The position numbers and the translations under genes were made by a program. Positions 39,116 to 48,166 of a stretch of 64,000 nt of DNA are shown piece after piece (position 1 is the first letter of the stretch; every line of letters starts with the position of its first letter). The notes under the pieces were generated by a model. The model ran no database searches. It saw only the letters and a list, made by a program, of their open reading frames with translations, and had not been told where the DNA came from. The stretch is from an uncultured Gammaproteobacteria bacterium (GTDB taxonomy: Bacteria > Patescibacteriota > Patescibacteriia > Magasanikbacterales > UBA922): positions 738,709 through 802,708 of the forward strand of contig OZ246405.1 of the NCBI GenBank assembly GCA_965231005.1, given 5' to 3'.

Positions 39116-40342
39116 ATGAGCAATCCTTTTGAAAATGCCATGAAGCAGTTAGATAAGGCTGCATCAGTTATGAGTTTAGACAAAAACGTTCATGAAGTAT
39201 TAAAACATCCTGAGCGTGTTATTAAAATGGCGATTCCAGTAAAAATGGATAGCGGGGAGACAAGAGTGTTTACTGGATTCCGTTCACAGTTTAACAATGC
39301 ACTTGGTCCGTACAAAGGGGGAATTCGATATCACTGGAATGTAACAGAAGATGAAGTAAAAGCACTTTCGTTTTGGATGATGGTAAAATGTGCAACAGTA
39401 AATATTCCAATGGGCGGAGGAAAAGGTGGCATTATTGTAAATCCAAAAGAAATGTCAGAAGGTGAGCTCGAAAGACTATCTCGTGGTTTTGTGCAAAAGC
39501 TGTGGCGTAACATTGGATCAGACAAAGATGTGCCAGCTCCAGATGTGTACACAACACCGGAAATTATGGGATGGATGCGAGATGAATATGAAAAACTTGT
39601 GGGACATAGTGATCCAGGAGTTATTACAGGAAAGACAATTGAAAATGGTGGAAGTGAAGTTCGTGGATACTCAACTGCGCAGGGTGGTGTGTACTGTGTA
39701 GATGAACTTGCAAAGAAACTAGGACTTCAATCATCAGAAACGACTGTTGCCGTTCAGGGGTATGGAAATGCAGGAAGTTTTATGGCAAAAATTCTCTCAG
39801 GTCTTGGATATAAGATTGTTGCAGCAAGTGATTCAAAAGGCGCTGTATATAATCCACAAGGTCTAGATGTTTCTGCACTTTCTGAGTGGAAAGTAAGCAA
39901 CAAAACTGTTGTTGGATTTGCAGGAACTGAAGAGATTTCAAATGAAGCGATTTTAGAACTTGATGTTGATATTCTTGTTCCAGCAGCACTTGAAAATGTT
40001 ATTACAAAAGATAATGCTGCAAATGTAAAAGCAAAAGCTGTTGTAGAATTAGCAAATGGACCAACAACACCAGAAGCAGATGAAATTCTAAAAGAAAAAG
40101 GTGTTATTGTTGTGCCAGATGTTCTTGCAAATGCAGGTGGTGTGACAGTAAGTTATTTTGAATGGGATCAAAATGTAAAAGAAGAACATTGGTCAGAGCC
40201 AGATGTTCTTGCAAAATTAGAAAAAATTATGCGTGATGCATTTACAGAAGTATGGGAAACAAAAGAAAAATATAATGTTGATATGAGAACTGCGGCGTTT
40301 GTAAAAGCTATTGAGCGTGTTGCAGAAAAAATGGACATCTAA
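39116..40342 (+). CDS. gdhA: Glu/Leu/Phe/Val dehydrogenase family; glutamate dehydrogenase
   Basis: The catalytic Lys motif GGGKGGI and the Rossmann motif GYGNAGS at ~408 aa. Confidence 0.85.
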   Translation: MSNPFENAMKQLDKAASVMSLDKNVHEVLKHPERVIKMAIPVKMDSGETRVFTGFRSQFNNALGPYKGGIRYHWNVTEDEVKALSFWMMVKCATVNIPMGGGKGGIIVNPKEMSEGELERLSRGFVQKLWRNIGSDKDVPAPDVYTTPEIMGWMRDEYEKLVGHSDPGVITGKTIENGGSEVRGYSTAQGGVYCVDELAKKLGLQSSETTVAVQGYGNAGSFMAKILSGLGYKIVAASDSKGAVYNPQGLDVSALSEWKVSNKTVVGFAGTEEISNEAILELDVDILVPAALENVITKDNAANVKAKAVVELANGPTTPEADEILKEKGVIVVPDVLANAGGVTVSYFEWDQNVKEEHWSEPDVLAKLEKIMRDAFTEVWETKEKYNVDMRTAAFVKAIERVAEKMDI

Positions 40343-40366
40343 ATGTAAATTAATAAAAAGATAAAA

Positions 40367-40399
40367 GGCAGGTTGCGCGAGCATGTCCTGCCTTTTTTT
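40367..40399 (+). terminator. rho-independent terminator of gdhA
   Basis: GGCAGG...CCTGCC hairpin followed by T7. Confidence 0.55.
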
Positions 40400-40434
40400 G
40401 CTCCTTATGGTTGTATTGCTTTTTCAAAAAAGTT

Positions 40435-41019
40435 CTAGTCGCCTTTCCATCCTTCTACATTTGCAGCGATCAGTGCAAAGGATATGCCGAATGCTCCTGC
40501 CCCGAGCTTTTCAAGTTGTTCGAACATAGGATGTGATCTGATCATCATGTATAGGACCAGCAAGATCATCAGTGCACTGGGTGCCATGAAAAGACCGTCG
40601 TAGCCATCTTCATGCACTCCTTTGCTTTCTGCATCACCAACGCCCTCGTAGTAGACGATCGGATCTTTGAACGAGTCATCCACATCTGTTCTCACAACGA
40701 TCAAAGACATCATTTCTTCCAGTGGAAAGTAGTTGTGCTCAAGCAACCGGGTCAATGCTTCGGTGAGAGCCTCTCGTCCGCTGTCAGACAGTCCTTGAAT
40801 GTACTCTCGAAGTTCTTTGCGTAGCGTAGCGTCTGGCTTCAGGTTCACCACACCACCGAGTGGTCCATATTCAGACACTCGAATGTGTCGATTCCTAATG
40901 CCAGTCAACGCATGCTCACCAAATGCCTTCATTCCTGAGATTGCGAAGAGCGGCGCCAAAGCCATCTTTCCGAGATTCATATTGCCCCCTTGTGGAAGTG
41001 TTTGTTCGGAGTCTAGCAT
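40435..41019 (-). CDS. hypothetical protein (194 aa) with C-terminal hydrophobic segments; GC-rich (~48-50%)
   Basis: A clean ORF whose codon usage is distinct from its neighbours. No motif is recognised. Confidence 0.4.
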   Translation of the reverse strand: MLDSEQTLPQGGNMNLGKMALAPLFAISGMKAFGEHALTGIRNRHIRVSEYGPLGGVVNLKPDATLRKELREYIQGLSDSGREALTEALTRLLEHNYFPLEEMMSLIVVRTDVDDSFKDPIVYYEGVGDAESKGVHEDGYDGLFMAPSALMILLVLYMMIRSHPMFEQLEKLGAGAFGISFALIAANVEGWKGD

Positions 41020-41087
41020 TTTGGGTCAACTTCGTCAATAAAATTACCTTGCATTTTTAGCTGATTTTCTATACTATAAGTACTGTT

Positions 41088-41852
41088 ATGGATACATTTT
41101 TGAAGAAAATTATCAAAGAGGGAGGAATGATAGCAAAGAAATTTTTTGATAAAGGTGTTACTCACACAACCAAGGCGCATCTTGGGGATTTGCTTACAGA
41201 AGCTGATATGGAAGTAAGTAATTATTTAGTTACGCAGATTCATAAAGCATACCCAGACCATCATATTTTTAGTGAAGAAATGGATGAAGAAATTAATCCA
41301 GGAGCGCAATATGAATGGGTAATTGATCCAATCGATGGTACACGGAATTTTGCAATGGGAATTCCAATGTGGTGTGTACTTGTTGCTGTTTTGAAAGATG
41401 GTGAACTACATATGAGTGCTGTGTACAATCCAACTGCAGATGAATTATTTTTTGCAGAAGCTGGAAAAGGTGCTACCATGAATGAAAAAGAAATCCATGT
41501 CAACAATACAGAAACAACAGAACATGGTTTTGGCATTTGTGCACGTAGTTCAACAGATTTTCCTTTTAGAGAAGAGTTTGTTCGCGCGATGAATGAAATC
41601 GTTGATAACACAAACACGTGGGTTCATTCTTTTGGCACAATGCTTGGTGTCTGTTATGTTGCAAACGGTGGTATTGATTTCTTTTTTGCAAATACAGGAT
41701 ATGATTTTGATAATTTAGCTCCTGCACTTATTGCAAGAGAAGCTGGTGCGCTTGTTACAGACTGCGATGGAAATGAATGGAAGCGAGATCGACATGATAT
41801 TGTTATTGCAAATCCAAAACTACATCCGAAACTTATGGAATTTTTTAGATAA
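41088..41852 (+). CDS. inositol monophosphatase family protein
   Basis: IMPase motifs WVIDPIDGTRNF and ...DGE... Confidence 0.85.
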   Translation: MDTFLKKIIKEGGMIAKKFFDKGVTHTTKAHLGDLLTEADMEVSNYLVTQIHKAYPDHHIFSEEMDEEINPGAQYEWVIDPIDGTRNFAMGIPMWCVLVAVLKDGELHMSAVYNPTADELFFAEAGKGATMNEKEIHVNNTETTEHGFGICARSSTDFPFREEFVRAMNEIVDNTNTWVHSFGTMLGVCYVANGGIDFFFANTGYDFDNLAPALIAREAGALVTDCDGNEWKRDRHDIVIANPKLHPKLMEFFR

Positions 41853-41856
41853 ATAT

Positions 41857-44838
41857 ATGAAGACATATCAAGATTTTTTAGACAACAAAGGGGAGCAAGA
41901 ATGGCAGAAAAAGTGGGAAAAGAATGGCACATTCAAAACTCCAGAAAAAGTAACTGCAAAAAATAAATATTATATTTTGCCGCAACTTCCATATCCATCT
42001 GGAAGCGGTCTTCATGTTGGTCATGCAGAAGTATATACTGCGTGCGATATTTATGCGCGGTATCAACGCATGAACAAAAAGAATGTTCTTCAAGTTATTG
42101 GTTGGGACTCTTTTGGTTTGCCTGCAGAAAATTATGCTATTAAAACAAATGTTCATCCGCGCAAAAGTACAAATGATGCAGTAGATAATTTTCGCTCACA
42201 AATAAAAGCACTTGGAATTTCTGTTGACTGGGAAAGAGAAACAGCAAGTCATAGTCCTGAGTATTATAAATGGACGCAGTGGTTTTTCTTGCTCATGTAC
42301 AAACGTGGACTTGCATACAGAAAAATGCAAACAGTAAATTGGTGTGAAAGTTGTAAAACTGTTCTTGCAAATGATCAAGTAAAAGAAGGAAATTGTGAAC
42401 GTTGTGATACTGTTGTTGATCAAAAAGAAATGGAACAATGGTTCTTGAAAACAACACAGTATGCTGACCGTCTTTTAGAAGGGTTAGATGATCTTGACTG
42501 GCCAGAAGAAACAAAAAAACGACAGCGCGATTGGATTGGTCGTTCTGAGGGAGTTAATTTTAAAATGAAAGTAAAAGGATCAGATGTTCATTTTGAAGTA
42601 TATGATTCGGTCCCTCAGACATATACAGCACAAACATTTGTAGTCATTGCGCCAGAACATCCAAAATTACCAGAATTGGTAAGGGGTACAAAGCATGAGA
42701 AAGAAGTGTTGGATTTTGTAGAAAAAGTAAAAAAGAAAAAAAAGGAAGGGAACAAATTTGAGGTTGAGCAGGAAATTGACGGTATATTTACTGGTCTTTA
42801 CATGGATGATCCATATGGCACAGGTGATTTACCTCTCTGGGTTGCATCATTTGCCATTGTAGACTATGGAAGCGGTGTTGTAGGTTGTAGTGTTCATGAT
42901 GAGCGTGATTTTACTTTTGCAAAAAAATTTGATATTCCACTTCGGCCAGTCATGTTTCCAGATGATAAGGCAGAAGCAAAGAAAGTCAAAAATCTTGAGT
43001 ATTGTTATCATCATGATGTTAATGCAGTTTTAGCTTCCCCAAAAGAATTTGAAGGAAGAAAATGGGGTGAAGCACGAGATGAAATAATAGATTTTTTAGT
43101 AGAAAAGGGGATTGCAACACGTGCAGTTCAATACAAACTCCGAGACTGGTCAATTTCTAGACAGCGTTTTTGGGGTGCACCAATTCCAATGTTGTTTAAT
43201 GAAGAAAAGAAGAATAAAAAATATAAATATCTTTGTATTCATGGATTTACAGCAACAAGTCAATCAGTATTTTGGAATTCTGTAAAAAACACACTAGAAG
43301 CACAAGGACATGAAGTATATTGTCCTGATTTACCAAATACTGATGCACCAACCATGAATGAACAAGTAGATTTTATTATAGATAATTTTGATCTTACAGA
43401 CGACACTGTTATCCTTTCTCACAGTCACGGTGCAGGTGTTGCTATGCGACTGCTTGAAAAAACTGAAAAGCATGTTGCAAAGGTTGTATTTATTGATGGG
43501 TTTATTCGTCCAGAATTTAATGACAAAAAAAGACCACTTGTTGAAAAGAGTGGCAAATGGAAATTTGATTTCAAAAAAATTAAAACATTATCCGATGAAT
43601 TTGTTGTTATTGGAGATAATAAATTTCCAGTTATTCCAAAAGACCAGTTAGAAGAAATGGCAGAATTATTCGATGCACAACTTGCATATGTTCATGCAGA
43701 AGATGAACATTTTAAAACAGCAAATGAACCATCACTTCTAGAATATATTTTTGTAGATGGATGGAAAACAGTTCCAGAAGAAGATCTTCCAGTTGAATTG
43801 CCAGATGATGTTGACTTTAAACCAACAGGGGAGTCACCACTCAATTATTCAAAAGATTTTCAAAAAGGAGTTGAAAAGAAATATGGAAAAGGGTGGAAAC
43901 GTGAACCAGATACACTTGATACATTTATGTGTTCAAGTTGGTATTACTTTAGATATCTTGATCCACACAATGATAAGGAATTTGCATCACCAAAACAATT
44001 AAAAACATGGATGCCAGTTGATTTTTATCTTGGTGGTGCAGAACATGTAAATGGACACTTGCTTTATTCACGTTTTTTCACAAAAGTACTTCATGATGCA
44101 GGATATATTGATTTTGATGAACCATTTACAACGCATCGTCATCAAGGAATTATTCTTGGTGCAGATCATAGAAAAATGAGTAAGCGGTGGGGCAATGTGG
44201 TCAATCCAACAGATGTTGTAGATCAGTTTGGTGCAGACACGTGTCGCATGTATGAGATGTTTATGGGGCCGCTTGAAGATGCAAAGCCATGGGACACAAA
44301 TGGGGTAAAAGGGGTAAGACGGTTTTTAGACAAAGTTTGGAAGTTGCAAGAGAAAGTATCAGACAAAGCATCATCAAAACAAATTATAAAAATATTGCAC
44401 CAAACAATTAAAAAAGTTGGTGATGATACCAATGAGTTGAGGTTTAATACTGCGATTGCAAAACTTATGGAACTTGTAAACGCATATAGCAAGGAAGAAA
44501 GCATTGCAACAAGTGAATATAAAGCGTTTTTGATCATGCTTTCTCCATTTGCACCACATATTACAGAAGAACTTTGGAATCGACTTGGAAATACGAAAAG
44601 TATCTCATTTGAAAAATGGCCAACATACGATGAAAAGAAAATTGTTGAAGATACAATAACACTGGCTGTGCAGGTGAATGGAAAAGTACGTGCTACAATG
44701 GAAGTCGCAGCTGATATTTCAGAAAAAGATGCGCAGGCACAGGCACTTGAATTAGAAAATGTTCAGAAATGGTTGGATGGAAAAAAACCAAAAAAAGTTA
44801 TTTATGTAAAAGGGAAGTTAATCTCTATTGTTGTATAA
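41857..44838 (+). CDS. leuS: leucyl-tRNA synthetase carrying an inserted YdeN/RBBP9-type alpha/beta-hydrolase domain
   Basis: HIGH (HVGH), KMSKS (KMSKR), the CP1 editing domain (GSGVVGCSVHDERDFTFA, YKLRDWSISRQRFWGAPIP) and a C-terminal anticodon-binding region. The start was trimmed to the ATG at 41857. A ~180-aa insertion lies at approximately nt 43195-43755. Confidence 0.9.
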   Translation: MKTYQDFLDNKGEQEWQKKWEKNGTFKTPEKVTAKNKYYILPQLPYPSGSGLHVGHAEVYTACDIYARYQRMNKKNVLQVIGWDSFGLPAENYAIKTNVHPRKSTNDAVDNFRSQIKALGISVDWERETASHSPEYYKWTQWFFLLMYKRGLAYRKMQTVNWCESCKTVLANDQVKEGNCERCDTVVDQKEMEQWFLKTTQYADRLLEGLDDLDWPEETKKRQRDWIGRSEGVNFKMKVKGSDVHFEVYDSVPQTYTAQTFVVIAPEHPKLPELVRGTKHEKEVLDFVEKVKKKKKEGNKFEVEQEIDGIFTGLYMDDPYGTGDLPLWVASFAIVDYGSGVVGCSVHDERDFTFAKKFDIPLRPVMFPDDKAEAKKVKNLEYCYHHDVNAVLASPKEFEGRKWGEARDEIIDFLVEKGIATRAVQYKLRDWSISRQRFWGAPIPMLFNEEKKNKKYKYLCIHGFTATSQSVFWNSVKNTLEAQGHEVYCPDLPNTDAPTMNEQVDFIIDNFDLTDDTVILSHSHGAGVAMRLLEKTEKHVAKVVFIDGFIRPEFNDKKRPLVEKSGKWKFDFKKIKTLSDEFVVIGDNKFPVIPKDQLEEMAELFDAQLAYVHAEDEHFKTANEPSLLEYIFVDGWKTVPEEDLPVELPDDVDFKPTGESPLNYSKDFQKGVEKKYGKGWKREPDTLDTFMCSSWYYFRYLDPHNDKEFASPKQLKTWMPVDFYLGGAEHVNGHLLYSRFFTKVLHDAGYIDFDEPFTTHRHQGIILGADHRKMSKRWGNVVNPTDVVDQFGADTCRMYEMFMGPLEDAKPWDTNGVKGVRRFLDKVWKLQEKVSDKASSKQIIKILHQTIKKVGDDTNELRFNTAIAKLMELVNAYSKEESIATSEYKAFLIMLSPFAPHITEELWNRLGNTKSISFEKWPTYDEKKIVEDTITLAVQVNGKVRATMEVAADISEKDAQAQALELENVQKWLDGKKPKKVIYVKGKLISIVV

Positions 44839-45391
44839 CACTATGAAAAGCAGAATTGGCCTGTCAGTCGTTCTTCTTGTACTTCTTGTAACTGCAGGAT
44901 GTGGATGGGGATACAAAGATAAAAAAGGTGGAGCATATTCAGTTGTGTCTGTAGAGTATCGTGCGCAGATTGAAAAACTTGTGTATGATCAAGCAAAGGC
45001 ATGGGAAACAGGGGATATAGAATTACTTAAATCTACCATGCATCCAGATATTGTATTTGCATATCCTGGTCGGCGTTTAAATTTCGATCAAGTTGTTGAA
45101 GATTTGGAATATTACAAAGATCATTTTGCAAATACAAAAGTATATATTCACAACATCATTATTGATGGTGATATGGTTGCTGTTGAATGGCAGTTTGCAT
45201 CAGATAATTTAGAAAAAGGAAAACGTACAGCAGTGAGTGATGGTATTATTGGAAAAATAAAAGATGGAAAAATAATCATGTGGAAAGAATATTTGGACGG
45301 GCGAGTGAGTAGAAGTCAGTTAGTTGATGAACTTCCACTAGAAGAAGGGGAAGAACCATTTCCAACACCAAACAAACCTAAAAAAAATTAA
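44828..45391 (+). CDS. lipoprotein with a SnoaL-like/NTF2-fold domain
   Basis: Signal peptide plus lipobox LVTAGC; QAKAWETGDIELLKSTMHPDIVF...GDMVAVEWQF is typical of SnoaL-like folds. Confidence 0.6.
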   Translation: MLYNTMKSRIGLSVVLLVLLVTAGCGWGYKDKKGGAYSVVSVEYRAQIEKLVYDQAKAWETGDIELLKSTMHPDIVFAYPGRRLNFDQVVEDLEYYKDHFANTKVYIHNIIIDGDMVAVEWQFASDNLEKGKRTAVSDGIIGKIKDGKIIMWKEYLDGRVSRSQLVDELPLEEGEEPFPTPNKPKKN

Positions 45392-45448
45392 TTATTTTAT
45401 CGAATGGAACGCGGATCTAACGGATCAAACAGATAAAAACGGATTAAT

Positions 45449-45841
45449 ATGTTAAGGGGGGAAACAACTGAGAAAATAATCAAATCTTATTATACTGTAT
45501 ATAATAAGCTCGGGTTTGGATTTTTGGAAAAAGTGTATGAAAATGCGATGTTGATTGAATTGAGAAGGATTGGTGTTTATGCTGATAAACAGGTTCCAAT
45601 AGATGTCTTGTATAATGAAAAAATTGTTGGAAAATATTTTGCAGATATTATTGTAAATAGTGAAGTTATCATAGAATTAAAAGCTGCAGAATCATTGAGG
45701 GTAGAAGACGAAGCACAATTAGTTAATTATCTTAAGGCCACTTCTGTTGAAGTAGGTCTTTTGTTAAATTTTGGGAAAAAACCTGAATTTAAAAGAAAAA
45801 TTTTTGAAAACAAATACAAAGATCCGTACAAATCCGTTTAA
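45449..45841 (+). CDS. GxxExxY family protein (PD-(D/E)XK-like)
   Basis: ...GFGFLEKVYENAM...ELKA...N at ~125 aa, matching the GxxExxY family. Confidence 0.7.
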   Translation: MLRGETTEKIIKSYYTVYNKLGFGFLEKVYENAMLIELRRIGVYADKQVPIDVLYNEKIVGKYFADIIVNSEVIIELKAAESLRVEDEAQLVNYLKATSVEVGLLLNFGKKPEFKRKIFENKYKDPYKSV

Positions 45842-45854
45842 TCCGTGTTCTATT

Positions 45855-47288
45855 ATGGAGGGGATACTACAATCAAAAAGCAAAAGATTTATAGTCTTTT
45901 GTTTTTGTTTTTTAATCGGTGTTGCTGTTTCATCACTTGCAGAGATAACGATAGCTTCTTATATATTACTTTTTCTTTCTTTCCTATCTGTTTCAATACT
46001 CATTTTAACCTATTCAAACAAAAAATATTTCTTTATTTTTTTGTCTTTCAGTTTTTTATTTTTTGGAATCGCAAGACATTCCATTGCACAACCAGCAAAA
46101 ATAGATTCATCTTTTGAAATTCAAACATTACAAGGATATGTTGCTGCAGAACCAGATGTGCGAATGGATGGTGTACGCTATATTGTTAAAACAAAAAAAT
46201 TGGGACGCATTTACCTAAAAACACATTTGTATCCTCGATATGATTATGGAGATGTGTTGCGTCTCAAATGTCGTCTTAAAAGACCTGAACCAATTGAAGA
46301 CTTTCGATATGATATGTATCTTGCTCGCTATGGTGTATTTCAAATTTGCACACAGCCAAAGATTGAGAAAGTAGGTGAAAGCGAGGGAATTTTTTTGCTT
46401 GAAAAAATTTTAAAAGCAAAAGTTGTTATTGCAAAACAAATAAATCTTTTGTGGCATGAACCGCACGCAAGTTTTATGGCAGGACTGTTGTACGGATATC
46501 GTGGAGGACTTGGAAGTTTAAACGAATTATTTAGTAGAACAGGAGTCACACACATTGTTGCAATATCTGGATATAATATTACGATTATTTCTCTGATTCT
46601 AAGTTCTTTTTTAGTTGATTTGTATATTCCAAGAAAAAAAGCATTTTATATTATCATTATTGGTATTTCATTATTTGTTATTTTTGCAGGACTAAGTGCA
46701 TCAGTTGTGCGTGCAGGGATTATGGGTGTTATTGTTTTGCTTGCTAAACAAATGGGACGTGCATCACAAGTAGGAAACGTTATGCTTTTGACAGCTGTTC
46801 TTATGACAGTACATAATCCATTTATTTTGTTATGGGATGCAGGATTTCAATTATCTTTTATTTCAACACTTGGACTTGTATATATAAGCCCGATGCTGCA
46901 ACCGTTTTTTAAAAAAATTCCAGAAGTACTTGGTTTTCGCGAATCAATTGAAGCAACATTGAGCGCGACCATAGCAACACTTCCACTTATTCTTTTTCAA
47001 TTCAAACGACTATCCATTGTTGCAGTAATTGTAAATGTTCTTATTCTTTGGATTATTCCTTTTTTAATGTTGCTCGGGTTTTTAGCAGTGCTGTTCAGCT
47101 TTGTATTTAAACCAATTGGATTTATTATTTCTTGGCTGGCATGGCTTGGATTGAGTTATGTTATTGTGGTTGTCAAATGGTTTGCAGATTTATCATTTGC
47201 TGCTGTTGATTTACATTTACCATGGTGGGGGATGGTATTTGGATATATTGCATTGTTTGTAATGATATGGAAACATACAAAAAAATAG
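45855..47288 (+). CDS. comEC: ComEC/Rec2 DNA-internalisation channel, membrane (competence) domain only
   Basis: A DUF4131-like N-terminus, then the competence domain (GVTHIVAISGYNITII...) and many TM helices. The start was trimmed to the ATG at 45855. Confidence 0.75.
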   Translation: MEGILQSKSKRFIVFCFCFLIGVAVSSLAEITIASYILLFLSFLSVSILILTYSNKKYFFIFLSFSFLFFGIARHSIAQPAKIDSSFEIQTLQGYVAAEPDVRMDGVRYIVKTKKLGRIYLKTHLYPRYDYGDVLRLKCRLKRPEPIEDFRYDMYLARYGVFQICTQPKIEKVGESEGIFLLEKILKAKVVIAKQINLLWHEPHASFMAGLLYGYRGGLGSLNELFSRTGVTHIVAISGYNITIISLILSSFLVDLYIPRKKAFYIIIIGISLFVIFAGLSASVVRAGIMGVIVLLAKQMGRASQVGNVMLLTAVLMTVHNPFILLWDAGFQLSFISTLGLVYISPMLQPFFKKIPEVLGFRESIEATLSATIATLPLILFQFKRLSIVAVIVNVLILWIIPFLMLLGFLAVLFSFVFKPIGFIISWLAWLGLSYVIVVVKWFADLSFAAVDLHLPWWGMVFGYIALFVMIWKHTKK

Positions 47289-48166
47289 CTTTCTATAGCA
47301 TAATCCTTCTTATTAGTATTTCTCTTCTTTTTTTGTATACATCAAATGATGTCAAAAAGGATGAGGATGCTCATCTCAAAATGATTTTTCTCGATGTTGG
47401 TCAAGGAGATGCAACATTTATACAATTTCCAAACGGAGAACAAATGCTTATTGATTGTGGAATTGATGCAGTTTCGATTGAAGCACTTGGTCGTGTTATG
47501 CCATTTTATGATCGAGACATTGATTATCTTCTTGTGTCTCATCCAGATCTTGACCATTATGGTGGATGCATTGATGTACTGAATCGTTTTGATGTTCATC
47601 ATATTCTTTACAATGGAGAACAAAAACAATATAGTCAGCTTTGGCAAAGTTTTATGCGTGCTATTCAAGAGGAACAGGCTATGTATTCTATTGTAAGTAG
47701 TTCAGTGCATTGGAATATTGCTGGTGTTGGAATAGATTTTTTATATCCAGATCATTCCATTGAAAAGAATAAAAATATTCCTGGAGTGAAAAAAGATGTT
47801 GGAAGCAACAATGCATCTATTGTTATGAAATTAAGCTATGGTGATCAAGATACATTACTCACTGCAGATGCCGAAGCTGAGTTGGAGGAATATCTTGTAG
47901 ATGTATATGGAGAAGAACTGGATGTTGAAATACTCAAGTTAGGTCATCATGGATCATTAACGTCTTCAATTCAGCCATTTCTTGATGCAGCAACACCGGA
48001 GACAGCAGTTGCTTCTGCAGGAATGGAGAATAAATTTCATCATCCATCAGAGCGAGTTATTCGAAGAGTAAAAAGGATGGGGACAGAAATTTGGAGAACA
48101 GACATAAGTGGTGATATAATGGTATCTATAACAACATCAACACATTCAGTTGATTCTCAAAAATAA
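47267..48166 (+). CDS. ComEC-type metallo-beta-lactamase domain protein, as a separate ORF with its own N-terminal TM helix
   Basis: FLDVGQGDATFIQFPNGEQMLIDCG...HPDLDHYGG is the MBL fold typical of the ComEC C-terminus. It overlaps the upstream ORF by ~20 nt in another frame. Confidence 0.75.
   Translation: METYKKIAFYSIILLISISLLFLYTSNDVKKDEDAHLKMIFLDVGQGDATFIQFPNGEQMLIDCGIDAVSIEALGRVMPFYDRDIDYLLVSHPDLDHYGGCIDVLNRFDVHHILYNGEQKQYSQLWQSFMRAIQEEQAMYSIVSSSVHWNIAGVGIDFLYPDHSIEKNKNIPGVKKDVGSNNASIVMKLSYGDQDTLLTADAEAELEEYLVDVYGEELDVEILKLGHHGSLTSSIQPFLDAATPETAVASAGMENKFHHPSERVIRRVKRMGTEIWRTDISGDIMVSITTSTHSVDSQK

Noticed and set aside
43195-43755. An intein in LeuS.
   Set aside because: The insert does not begin with C/S/T or end with HN plus a nucleophile. 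It has no intein splicing blocks. Instead it aligns end-to-end with YdeN/RBBP9-type alpha/beta-hydrolases.
47222-47290. Calling comEC a pseudogene.
   Set aside because: Both parts have intact, independently startable ORFs. The second has its own TM helix and an ATG with upstream context. It is split, but not demonstrably degraded. A frameshift error cannot be excluded without reads.
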